From Gammaproteobacteria bacterium (GTDB lineage Bacteria; Pseudomonadota; Gammaproteobacteria; Pseudomonadales; Balneatricaceae): a DNA stretch of 64,000 bases. The DNA lies in NCBI GenBank assembly GCA_034111875.1, contig JAWUWK010000028.1:4707-68706 (forward strand), written 5' to 3'. Positions 52,504 through 61,588 of the stretch are shown piece after piece; positions within the stretch are counted from its first letter, which is position 1, and every line of letters starts with the position of its first letter. A model generated the notes under the pieces. It was given only the letters and a program-made list of their open reading frames with translations, made no database searches and was not told where the DNA came from. Position numbers and translations under genes: made by a program.

Positions 52504-53382
52504 ATGGTTTATTTATGTAAGGGTAAGATAACTCTATTCATTTCTGCTCTAATGATACTTGTTAGCTGTTCTACGGGATATGCACCAGTCAGAGATTTGT
52601 CTAGTGCAAGTTCAGATTCAGCATATAAAGTCAGACTCAATAGACCACCCTCCAACTCCTCCGCGAAAACATACAAAGTCAAATTAGGCGATACCTTATA
52701 TTCTATAGCCTGGAAATATGGACATAATTTTAAAGCGCTAGCCGATTTTAATGCTATATCTGGCGATTATACAATATACCAAGGTCAAGTGATAAAAATT
52801 AATTTATCTGATTCAGTCATTAAAAATAGATCTAATTTAGCTGAAAAAATAAATATTGCGAATAAATCGTCTGATAAAAGTGTCATTAAAAAAACTTCTA
52901 CGACTATTGAAACGATTAAAAAGATCAAAAAAGCACCTAAAAAGGCCCCAGCTAGGCAAAAAAAATCAAACGAAAGAAAAATAAATATTACTAAAAAAGG
53001 AGCCCCCATAAGACAGTCCAATATTCGCTGGCAATGGCCAGCAAAAGGTAAGGTTGTCAAAGAATTTAGCAATGAAAACAAAGGATTAGATTTAAGCGGC
53101 AGACTAGGTGAGAGTGTTTATGCCGCGGCGTCTGGCATTGTTGTGTATGCTGGGAATGGCATCATTGGTTATGGAAATTTAATCATTATCAAACACTCAG
53201 AAGAGTTTTTGAGTGCCTATGCGCACAATAGTGTAATATTCATTAAAGAGAAAAGTTTTATTAAAGCTGGGGAGAAAATTGCCGAAATAGGTAGTAGTGG
53301 AACTACAAAAACAGTCCTGCATTTTGAAATAAGAAAGGACGGAAAACCTGTCAATCCAATAAAATATTTACCGGAAAAGTAG
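52504..53382 (+). CDS. nlpD: Murein hydrolase activator NlpD (LysM + degenerate M23 lipoprotein)
   Basis: Has lipobox ILVS|C, LysM (YKVKLGDTLYSIAWKY), a Lys-rich linker and an M23 domain (GLDL.G..G..V.AAASG.VVYAG...GYGNLIIIKH...HFEIRKDGKPVNP). It sits directly upstream of rpoS. Confidence 0.9.
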   Translation: MVYLCKGKITLFISALMILVSCSTGYAPVRDLSSASSDSAYKVRLNRPPSNSSAKTYKVKLGDTLYSIAWKYGHNFKALADFNAISGDYTIYQGQVIKINLSDSVIKNRSNLAEKINIANKSSDKSVIKKTSTTIETIKKIKKAPKKAPARQKKSNERKINITKKGAPIRQSNIRWQWPAKGKVVKEFSNENKGLDLSGRLGESVYAAASGIVVYAGNGIIGYGNLIIIKHSEEFLSAYAHNSVIFIKEKSFIKAGEKIAEIGSSGTTKTVLHFEIRKDGKPVNPIKYLPEK

Positions 53383-53423
53383 CTATGGATTGGCTTTAAA
53401 TCTTTTGACTAAGGGTTATTAAC

Positions 53424-54440
53424 ATGGACGTGTTGAAAAAAGATACTCAAGAAGCTTGTTTTACCAGTGAAATTCAATCCCAATTAATGATGAAGGGTTC
53501 ATTCGATGTGGACTCTGTAGATGCAGAAATTAGCTTGGATGCTGTGCCCAAAGTTGAAGCCTATAAGCGTGGTCGTGGTAGCCAGTCTCATCGTGATTTA
53601 ATGAAAGAAAAAAGTTTCGATAACACCCAGCTCTATTTGAATGAAATTGGCTTATCGCCGCTTCTTTCAGCCCAAGAAGAAGTATACTTTTCACGACTTT
53701 CGTTACAAGGCTGCACAAAATCACGCAAGCGGATGATTGAAAGTAACTTACGTTTAGTTGTTAAAATATCCAAACGCTACGTAAACCGTGGTCTCTCTTT
53801 ACTCGATTTAATCGAAGAAGGTAATTTAGGGCTAATTCGCGGCGTTGAAAAATTTGATCCTGAGCTCGGCTTTCGTTTTTCTACCTATGCCACTTGGTGG
53901 ATTAGACAGACGATCGAACGCGCTATTATGAATCAAACGCGGACGATTAGGTTGCCTATTCATATCGTTAAAGAGCTCAACGTTTATCTGCGTGCTGAGC
54001 GACAACTGACGCAAAAGTTAGACCATGAACCTAGCTTTGAGCAAATTGCAGAGGCTGTGGAAAAACCAGTTTCTAATGTTGAAAAAATTCTCGGTTTAAA
54101 TGTGAAAGTTGTGTCTATTGATCTGCCAATCGCAGGTTCTGAAAAGACGGTAGTTGAGACCGTCGCGGCTCATGATAGTTTTGATCCCAGTATCATGTTG
54201 CAAATGAATAATCTTAGCGATAGCTTAGATCGTTGGTTAGATGACTTACCAGAAAAGCATGCTGATGTCTTAGGTAGACGCTTTGGTTTGAGAGGCCATG
54301 ACATAAGCACCCTGGAAGAAGTGGGTAAAGAAATAGGTCTTACACGTGAACGGGTTAGACAAATCCAAGTAGAGGCTCTTAAAAAGCTTAGAAGTATAAT
54401 TGAAAGTAATGGTTTAAATAGTGAAGACTTACTGAGCTGA
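53424..54440 (+). CDS. rpoS: RNA polymerase sigma factor RpoS
   Basis: 338 aa. It has region 2 ([12 protein letters not shown]...[35 protein letters not shown]) and region 4 ([21 protein letters not shown]). Synteny is pcm-nlpD-rpoS. Confidence 0.93.
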   Translation: MDVLKKDTQEACFTSEIQSQLMMKGSFDVDSVDAEISLDAVPKVEAYKRGRGSQSHRDLMKEKSFDNTQLYLNEIGLSPLLSAQEEVYFSRLSLQGCTKSRKRMIESNLRLVVKISKRYVNRGLSLLDLIEEGNLGLIRGVEKFDPELGFRFSTYATWWIRQTIERAIMNQTRTIRLPIHIVKELNVYLRAERQLTQKLDHEPSFEQIAEAVEKPVSNVEKILGLNVKVVSIDLPIAGSEKTVVETVAAHDSFDPSIMLQMNNLSDSLDRWLDDLPEKHADVLGRRFGLRGHDISTLEEVGKEIGLTRERVRQIQVEALKKLRSIIESNGLNSEDLLS

Positions 54441-54461
54441 GTAAACGTCACTAGAATTATC

Positions 54462-54487
54462 GCGCTTATTTATAAGCGCTATTTTTT
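54462..54487 (+). terminator. Rho-independent terminator after rpoS
   Basis: gcgcttat-tt-ataagcgc form a perfect 8-bp stem, followed by t-a-tttttt. It lies between convergent genes. Confidence 0.8.
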
Positions 54488-54493
54488 AAGTGA

Positions 54494-56077
54494 TTATTGG
54501 CTCTTAAGTTCAATTAAGAATCTGTCTATTGCCTGGTCGTCATCAGTGTCTACTTTATGTTGAAAGGGTATTTCATCTTGGCTTAGAAGCTGTTGATCTG
54601 AAGCTTGTAAAGCGAGTCTTTGCAGCGAGCGATCTCTGGTAATTGACTCCGTTCGAATTGCTTTTTTAAGACGCGCTTGCATTAAGTTATAATTGCATTG
54701 ACAGCTAATGATTTTTATTGGGACATTGTGTTTCGCTGCGAGGCGAAGATATTTCTGTCTAAAGTGCTGTTTGAGAAATGTCCCATCAACAATAACTTTG
54801 TACCCCATCGAAAGCAGTTGTTCGGTTAATTTAATCAAGTGGTGAGACAAACGTGAATTGACTTCTGGGCTGTGTAACTCAAGTTTTTTACCTTTTCTCT
54901 GTAGCTCTTTATAGATTCGGTCTCGCTCAATTTCCGATCTGATTCTGATCGCATTTATGGCTTTAATCATTTTGTGACTCAAATAGCTTTTGCCAGTGCC
55001 AGAGAGTCCGTGCATCAAGTAAATCGCAGGTGGGCTTTGTTCTTGGTAGGATTGTGTTAAGTATAAATACTTTTTAAAGGTCTGATCATTCGCTTGGTTA
55101 CCCAGTGTGGCTACTTTTGCCCGTACCATAGATCTGAAACTTTTATAAAAGTTGAGTAGCTGTAAACACTGATAGTCACCGGTTTTTTCTAAATAACGGT
55201 TTAAGGTCAGGTTAGCCCAAGCCGCTTTGTTGTTGGCTTCTAGATCCATCAGCAAAAACGCCAAATCAGAGCAAGTATCTAGCCATCTGAATTGCAGGTT
55301 GAATTCAATACAATCAAATAGGCGGACTTGATTTTGAAAATAGGTGACGTTACCTAAGTGTAAATCGCCATGGCATTCCCTTACAAAGCCTAGTTTACGG
55401 CGCTCTTTAAACACTTGAGTAAGCGCAGTGTGCTCTTGAGTAATCTGCGTGTAGAGTAACTTTAGCTTTGCAAGATCTTCACTGTCAGAGTAAAAATCCA
55501 GAGTATGGAGGAAGTTATCCGATACCAGTTGCCAAATGTTATCAGGTTCACCCCAAGGGCTATTCGTAGTAACTGTCGGTAGCGTCAAATGAAATTTAGC
55601 CAACTGTTCAGCCAGTGCCTCAATCCATGAAGGGTCAAATTTATTTTGTTGCAGCAAATCATTTAAACCGGCATTTGGATCAAACTGTTGCATGCGCACG
55701 GCGTATTCTAAAACTGCTGCAAGGGTAGTAGATTCAGTGTCTATTATAACCTCATCACCCAGAGTAAGATCACCGAATCGATGGTCGTTCAGAGCAATGA
55801 TGGGTCTTTCCGCGGTGCCTGAAATGGCCACCACCGCTTGGTAGATGTCAGGGGCTAAACGTTGGTTTAAACGTAATTCTTCCTCGCAGTAAAAAAGTCT
55901 TTTTTCAAGAGTAGAAAAATCTAAAAAGCCAAAGTTCAGTTGTTTTTTGATTTTATATGCAAATTCACCGGTTAGCAGCACCCATGAAACTTGTGTCTCT
56001 ATGATGCTGATCTCAGTAGTCACTGGATGAGGATAACAGGCTGGGTTTTTAAGTGCTTGAATGAAACTAGGTAACAT
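54494..56077 (-). CDS. Fusion protein: aminoglycoside-phosphotransferase-like kinase domain + P-loop (AAA_33/zeta-like) kinase domain, function unknown
   Basis: 527 aa. The N-terminal ~340 aa carry the protein-kinase-like Brenner motif CHGDLHLGN and a downstream D (FDCIEF). The C-terminal ~170 aa carry Walker A GLSGTGKS. Confidence 0.7.
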   Translation of the reverse strand: MLPSFIQALKNPACYPHPVTTEISIIETQVSWVLLTGEFAYKIKKQLNFGFLDFSTLEKRLFYCEEELRLNQRLAPDIYQAVVAISGTAERPIIALNDHRFGDLTLGDEVIIDTESTTLAAVLEYAVRMQQFDPNAGLNDLLQQNKFDPSWIEALAEQLAKFHLTLPTVTTNSPWGEPDNIWQLVSDNFLHTLDFYSDSEDLAKLKLLYTQITQEHTALTQVFKERRKLGFVRECHGDLHLGNVTYFQNQVRLFDCIEFNLQFRWLDTCSDLAFLLMDLEANNKAAWANLTLNRYLEKTGDYQCLQLLNFYKSFRSMVRAKVATLGNQANDQTFKKYLYLTQSYQEQSPPAIYLMHGLSGTGKSYLSHKMIKAINAIRIRSEIERDRIYKELQRKGKKLELHSPEVNSRLSHHLIKLTEQLLSMGYKVIVDGTFLKQHFRQKYLRLAAKHNVPIKIISCQCNYNLMQARLKKAIRTESITRDRSLQRLALQASDQQLLSQDEIPFQHKVDTDDDQAIDRFLIELKSQ

Positions 56078-56225
56078 ATAAACCTATTAATTGTGCCTAT
56101 TAAACAAAAAATCATGCGATTTCTCTGTTGGGGCGTCGATTATACTAGAAAAACAGTCTCAGCTCTATAAAGCTGTTTCTGGGGATTGTACAATAGCCTT
56201 AATCTAACATTGATAACAATTACCT

Positions 56226-58601
56226 ATGCCGCCTCGATATAAAGCTAAAGCAAAGAGCACACGAAAAAAAACGCCTATAAAAGCTCGTAAACGACTGAAT
56301 ATTTGGCGTTGGATTATTTATTTTTGTTTAAAATTAAGTTTAATTGTAGTTATATTTGCCAGTATTGCTCTGTTTTATTTCGATGCGCAAATTCGTGAAA
56401 AATTTGAGGGAAAACGCTGGTCAATACCAGCAAAAGTATACGCTAGGCCACTAAACCTATATGTCGGTCTAGAACTCAGTATTGCTGAACTTAAGATTGA
56501 ACTCAAAGGCCTAGGCTATCGTTTTGTCAAGAAAGCGAGTAACCCCGGACAAGTTGAGATCGCTGCGACTAGAGTCAAAGTTTATACGCGAGGCTTTGAA
56601 TTTGTAGACGGCAGTGAAGTATCACAACAGCTCACTATTAGCTTTGCCAATGGGGCAATTAGTAAAATTATTTCAGCTGACAATAGCCCAATATCTATTT
56701 CTCGGCTGGAACCTATCTTAATTGGGGGTATCTACCCTAAAAACAATGAAGATAGAGACCTTATTAGACTTTCACAAGCCCCTGAAGGTTTGGTCTCGGC
56801 CCTGATTGCGATAGAAGATAGAAGTTACTACGATCATTTTGGGATATCTCCGAAAGGCATCGCAAGAGCGATGTGGGTGAATCTCAAAGTCGGGCGCTTT
56901 GTTCAAGGTGGTAGTACATTAACCCAACAGTTGATTAAAAATTTCTACCTGACGTCTGAGAGAACATTGATTCGTAAATTGATCGAAATGCCCATGGCAA
57001 TCGTTTTAGATTTTCGTTACAGCAAAGATGAAATCCTTGAAGCCTATTTGAATGAAGTCTATTTAGGCCAAGAAGGTGCTAGGGCCATCCATGGATTCGG
57101 CTTAGCCTCTCAGTACTTTTTTTCAAGACCTATCAGTGAATTAAAGCTACATCAAGTTGCCCTGCTGGCCGCAATGGTAAAAGGCCCGTCTTTTTACGAT
57201 CCCAGACGCAGGCCTGAAAGAGCAAAAAAACGGCGTAATTTAGTTCTCAAAGTGATGGCGGAAAGTGGCAATATTAGCCAGAAACAATATAAATATTATG
57301 CTGGATTAAGTCTGAGTGTGGTTAAACAAAAAAGTTTGCACAAGGGAGCTTACCCTGCCTACTTAGATTTAGTTAGGCGCAAGCTCAACCAGAGCTACAA
57401 TGAACAAGATCTTAGTTCAGAAGGTCTGAGAATATTCACTAGTTTGGATCCCATTTCACAAGCTAAAGCTGAAAAAGCACTCGCTGGCAGCCTTTTTGCT
57501 CTGCAAAAAAAATACCCTAAAAAGACCCTTAATCTAGAAGCTAGCATGGTAATTACCAACCCCCAAACAGGCGAAGTATTAACTGTTATAGGCGGTAAAA
57601 AAACTAAATATAAAGGCTTTAACCGTGCAATTGATGCCGTAAGGGCAGTGGGTTCCCTCATTAAACCCGCGGTTTATCTTACCGGTTTGCAACGTGGCTA
57701 TACCTTGGCGAGTATCCTTGATGATGGGGCGTTGTCAGTGCCAATCAAAGGTGGGAAGCCCTGGCAGCCAAGGAATTTTGATAGGAAAAGTCACGGTAAT
57801 GTACCTTATTATCTGGCGCTGGCGAAGTCATACAATCAATCAACAGCTAGGCTCGGTCTAGAGATTGGACTGGACAAAGTGATTAACACTATCCATAAAT
57901 TGGGAGTAGAGCGAGAAATTAAAGAGTACCCATCACTGTTGCTCGGAGCCCAAGGCATGACACCCATTGAAGTGGCTGGAATGTATCAAACGATTGCCGC
58001 CAATGGCTTTTTGATGCCTGTTAGGGCGATACGAACAGTCACCGACAAAGATGGCCGCGAGCTGTCAAGATACCCATTTAAAGTCAAGCAGGTCATAGAC
58101 TCTCAATCTGTCTACCAACTCCAATACGCCATGCAGCAAGTAGTGCAATTGGGCTCAGGACGTTATGCCAACTCGCAAATTCCATCTAAGATGGGCCTTG
58201 CGGGTAAAACAGGTACCAGTAATGACCAGCGCGATAGCTGGTTCGCTGGCTTTGCTGGCAATAAGTTAGCGGTTGTTTGGTTAGGTAAAGATGACAACAC
58301 TTCGCTGCCATTTACAGGCGCCTCCGGCGCCTTGCGTGTATGGACTGCCTATATGAAATCTGAATCTTTATTACCCTTTAAACCACCGATACCTGAGGGT
58401 ATAGAGTTTGGCTATATAGACCCAAATACTGGCTTTAGTGTGGATGCTGACTGTTTGTACAGTAAAAGAATCCCTTTTAGGCGAGGAGATCTACCGCCCT
58501 TTGCCTACGACTGTGGGTTAGGGAGTAATGTTGACAGTATTGAGAGTCGGTCAGAGGATAAAAAAACTAAGACTTGGCTTGAAACAATATTCAGTCAGTA
58601 G
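56226..58601 (+). CDS. mrcB: Penicillin-binding protein 1B (bifunctional glycosyltransferase/transpeptidase)
   Basis: 791 aa. It has a basic cytoplasmic tail and one TM segment, GT51 motifs (EDRSYYDHFG, GGSTLTQQL, RKL.E) and transpeptidase motifs (SLIKP, SYN, KTGT). Confidence 0.93.
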   Translation: MPPRYKAKAKSTRKKTPIKARKRLNIWRWIIYFCLKLSLIVVIFASIALFYFDAQIREKFEGKRWSIPAKVYARPLNLYVGLELSIAELKIELKGLGYRFVKKASNPGQVEIAATRVKVYTRGFEFVDGSEVSQQLTISFANGAISKIISADNSPISISRLEPILIGGIYPKNNEDRDLIRLSQAPEGLVSALIAIEDRSYYDHFGISPKGIARAMWVNLKVGRFVQGGSTLTQQLIKNFYLTSERTLIRKLIEMPMAIVLDFRYSKDEILEAYLNEVYLGQEGARAIHGFGLASQYFFSRPISELKLHQVALLAAMVKGPSFYDPRRRPERAKKRRNLVLKVMAESGNISQKQYKYYAGLSLSVVKQKSLHKGAYPAYLDLVRRKLNQSYNEQDLSSEGLRIFTSLDPISQAKAEKALAGSLFALQKKYPKKTLNLEASMVITNPQTGEVLTVIGGKKTKYKGFNRAIDAVRAVGSLIKPAVYLTGLQRGYTLASILDDGALSVPIKGGKPWQPRNFDRKSHGNVPYYLALAKSYNQSTARLGLEIGLDKVINTIHKLGVEREIKEYPSLLLGAQGMTPIEVAGMYQTIAANGFLMPVRAIRTVTDKDGRELSRYPFKVKQVIDSQSVYQLQYAMQQVVQLGSGRYANSQIPSKMGLAGKTGTSNDQRDSWFAGFAGNKLAVVWLGKDDNTSLPFTGASGALRVWTAYMKSESLLPFKPPIPEGIEFGYIDPNTGFSVDADCLYSKRIPFRRGDLPPFAYDCGLGSNVDSIESRSEDKKTKTWLETIFSQ

Positions 58602-58721
58602 TGATTAAATTGTTTTAGTTTATAAAAGCAATTCAATTTGTTGGGCCGTGATGTTGTTCTTAGCGTTAACAGGTATGATTGGCGACATGTTATTTTATAT
58701 AGATAAAGTGAAGGAAGTTTT

Positions 58722-59318
58722 ATGACGAATTTTTACCCAGTAGCTAAATTAGTCGCCATGGCTGTTGTTGTGTTATTGATAACAGGCTGCTCCGTGACAG
58801 GTGTGAATAAAGTGGCGATTGAAGATCGATCGATAAATGGTCAAGTAACTTCGCAGTCGGCGTCACGACAAGCCGCTGAAGTTGAAGTGACGGCTCTCAA
58901 TTTAAAACCCAGCTTTAAAGCCAGTAACAATAGTGGCGAGGTAATAAACAGTGACGTTAGTCGTCAATCTAAGGCGCCTGAAGTTGCATCGAAAGTACAA
59001 AAACCAGCCACTGTTGCGCTACTTAATACCGCAAAATATCAAACCAATAGTGGCAGCTTAAGATCTGCTCAATCTAGTTTAGAGCGCGCGTTAAGAATCT
59101 CGCCTAACGATCCCGAGGTCTATTTATCATTGGCTGAAGTTCACAGGCGTTTAGGTGAATATATTCAAGCTGAACAAATGACTTTGAAAGGCATCGCTGT
59201 GGCGGCGGGGCAAAGTAAAAAATTGCGTAGTTTGTGGAGTGCTTTAGCAAAAATTCGCTCTGAATCAGGTGATGCAGAAGGGGCTAATGAGGCTTTTCAA
59301 AAATCCCAAAGTTACTAA
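58722..59318 (+). CDS. lpoP: LpoP-like lipoprotein (disordered linker + C-terminal TPR), candidate PBP1b activator
   Basis: 198 aa. It has lipobox LITG|C, about 90 aa of low-complexity Ser/Ala/Gln-rich linker and a TPR-like C-terminus (LERALRISPNDPEVYLSLAEVHRRLGEY). It lies immediately downstream of mrcB, as P. aeruginosa LpoP does. Confidence 0.55.
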   Translation: MTNFYPVAKLVAMAVVVLLITGCSVTGVNKVAIEDRSINGQVTSQSASRQAAEVEVTALNLKPSFKASNNSGEVINSDVSRQSKAPEVASKVQKPATVALLNTAKYQTNSGSLRSAQSSLERALRISPNDPEVYLSLAEVHRRLGEYIQAEQMTLKGIAVAAGQSKKLRSLWSALAKIRSESGDAEGANEAFQKSQSY

Positions 59319-59505
59319 AAAAAGTTGAGTTGTCGGATATTCGGTTAGCGCAAGTTTGGAGTCTGTCTTACTGAGCGCTAATCTATTGCGAAAAATCAGT
59401 ATTTGAGCCAATTCTGTTTTCCTCGCTAGGCTTGATCACCCTCTGCTGACAACTCGGCAAGAGCAATAGTGTGGTGATTGCGCATCCTTACTCCGATGCG
59501 CTGGT

Positions 59506-60144
59506 TTAGGGTATGGGTTGCGAGGTCCTGGGTTCAGTTTCCAGCCACCTATTAACCACTAAACAGATTAAAATTAACGCAATACTTAATGAGAGGTTAT
59601 AGCCGACAGTATTGGAGTAGAGATCGATTAGAGCGTTATTGTTAAACATTAGGTTTGCTGAACCGAAGCAAATAAGGGCAAGAATGCGAATTAAATAAGT
59701 CTTAGCGGTTGTATCTACTGGCTTATAAAGCAGACCAAAAGCGACAATCGCTAGACAAATAATGGCGATGCCATGGCTATAATAATCACCTATCTCTGCT
59801 CTTCTACAGAGTTCGAAACTGGCGATAAGCGCCAAACACCATCTTCCCCATGTGCCTTTAGTAAACGCTCTGTCTAACTTAATACTGAGCAGGACTGAGC
59901 AGAGTAGAGGCAGCGCTAAAAATTGATGTAAATTTTCAAGCATCAACAACAAGGTACTGCTTTGTTCACCCTCAGGGTTTATAAACAAGGGTAGTACTGC
60001 CGAACTACAAATGAACATGCAGCTCAACCCAATCAGGCTGGCGTTAATTTTGCTCTGCTGGGTTAACTTATAGGGTTGACGATACAGCAGTATGGCTGCA
60101 AATAGGCTGGCCAGTGACAGCACTACATAGCTCAGTGTCTGCAT
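59506..60144 (-). CDS. Hypothetical polytopic membrane protein, translationally coupled to hemL
   Basis: 212 aa with about 6 hydrophobic segments. Its ATG overlaps the hemL stop (TAATG on the minus strand at 60142-60146). Confidence 0.6.
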   Translation of the reverse strand: MQTLSYVVLSLASLFAAILLYRQPYKLTQQSKINASLIGLSCMFICSSAVLPLFINPEGEQSSTLLLMLENLHQFLALPLLCSVLLSIKLDRAFTKGTWGRWCLALIASFELCRRAEIGDYYSHGIAIICLAIVAFGLLYKPVDTTAKTYLIRILALICFGSANLMFNNNALIDLYSNTVGYNLSLSIALILICLVVNRWLETEPRTSQPIP

Positions 60145-61427
60145 TAGAGTGTTTTAAAAACCTTAGCCGCTGCAGCGATCGTTTCTTCGATATCTCGCTG
60201 GCTGGTGGCTGCCGACATAAAACCTGTTTCATAAGCTGAGGGAGCTAAGTATATGCCTTGGGCCAGCATACCTTGGAAGAATTTAGCGAATCTTTGGGTA
60301 TCACAAGCCGTGGCTTGAGCAAAACAAGTCACTTGTTTTTGCTCGGTAAAGAAAATGCCGAACATGCCCCCAATATAGGTACTAGTTAAACCAATACCTG
60401 CAGCAGCAGCCACTGCTTCAAGCCCCTGAGTTAGAAACTCCGATTTGGCGGCTAATTCATCATAAATACTTGGGTTATTAGCGAGTGCGGTGAGCATCGT
60501 AAGTCCGGCACACATGGATAGTGGGTTACCTGAAAGAGTACCCGCTTGATAAACTGGCCCCAGTGGCGCTATGTGTTGCATTATGTGTTTTTTGCCACCA
60601 AAGGCTCCGACAGGTAAACCACCACCAATAATTTTACCTAGAGTAGTAAGGTCCGGCGTAACACCAAAAGCTTGTTGCGCGCCGCCTAAGGCTACTCTAA
60701 AGCCGGTCATTACTTCGTCAAAAATTAACACTGTGCCATATTGATCACATATCTCTCTGAGTCCTTGTAAAAAATCTTCTTCAGGTAAAATGCAGTTCAT
60801 GTTACCTGCCACAGGTTCTACTATAATGCAGGCAATTTGATCGCCCAACTCTTCAAAAGCGCTGCGTACACTGTCTAAATTATTAAAGTCTAAAGTTATG
60901 GTGTGTTCAGCAATAGCGGCAGGTACGCCGGGAGAATTAGGCTCGCCTAAAGTTAATGCCCCAGAGCCTGCTTTAACTAACAGTGAGTCGCTATGGCCGT
61001 GGTAACAGCCTTCAAATTTAACGATTTTATCGCGCTGGGTAAAGCCGCGGGCTAAACGAATAGCCGACATAGTCGCTTCAGTGCCTGAGTTAACCATGCG
61101 AACCATTTCAATAGAAGGCATGATCTCGCAGACTTTATCGGCGAGTAATGTCTCTACTGCTGTCGGTGCGCCGAAGCCTAAGCCATTGTCTAAACTTTGT
61201 TTAACCGCATCGATAACAGGTTGGTAAGCGTGGCCTAAAATCATAGGTCCCCAAGAGCCCACATAATCTATGTATCTCTGTCCGTCTTCGTCGTAAAGGT
61301 AAGCCCCTTCGCCTCTGTTAAAAAAGATAGGAGAGCCGCCGACACTATTAAAAGCGCGGACCGGCGAGTTAACGCCGCCAGGTATATGTTTCTGTGCTGC
61401 TGCAAACAGTTCTTCAGAACGAGACAT
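60144..61427 (-). CDS. hemL: Glutamate-1-semialdehyde 2,1-aminomutase
   Basis: 427 aa, collinear with HemL ([10 protein letters not shown]; DEVMTGFR; PLP-Lys context [10 protein letters not shown]). Confidence 0.97.
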   Translation of the reverse strand: MSRSEELFAAAQKHIPGGVNSPVRAFNSVGGSPIFFNRGEGAYLYDEDGQRYIDYVGSWGPMILGHAYQPVIDAVKQSLDNGLGFGAPTAVETLLADKVCEIMPSIEMVRMVNSGTEATMSAIRLARGFTQRDKIVKFEGCYHGHSDSLLVKAGSGALTLGEPNSPGVPAAIAEHTITLDFNNLDSVRSAFEELGDQIACIIVEPVAGNMNCILPEEDFLQGLREICDQYGTVLIFDEVMTGFRVALGGAQQAFGVTPDLTTLGKIIGGGLPVGAFGGKKHIMQHIAPLGPVYQAGTLSGNPLSMCAGLTMLTALANNPSIYDELAAKSEFLTQGLEAVAAAAGIGLTSTYIGGMFGIFFTEQKQVTCFAQATACDTQRFAKFFQGMLAQGIYLAPSAYETGFMSAATSQRDIEETIAAAAKVFKTL

Positions 61428-61588
61428 GATTGAAATCCTTAAACTAAATGTATACGGGTAATGAGTATTGGTGGGGCATTATCCTCTGTTAAACTCGGAT
61501 GCACCAGTGATGTTTGCACAAATTTTAACACCGCTATATAGACTATACCCGCTCTAATCTGATTTAAAAAAACACCTTGGTGTCATCC

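Noticed and set aside
59480-59560. tRNA-like fragment ('gggttcagtttcc', T-loop-like) next to a 7-bp hairpin (gcgcatc...gatgcgc).
   Set aside because: No acceptor stem, anticodon arm or D-arm can be built. The T-loop-like string lies inside the C-terminal codons of the 59506-60144 CDS. The hairpin may be a weak terminator at best.
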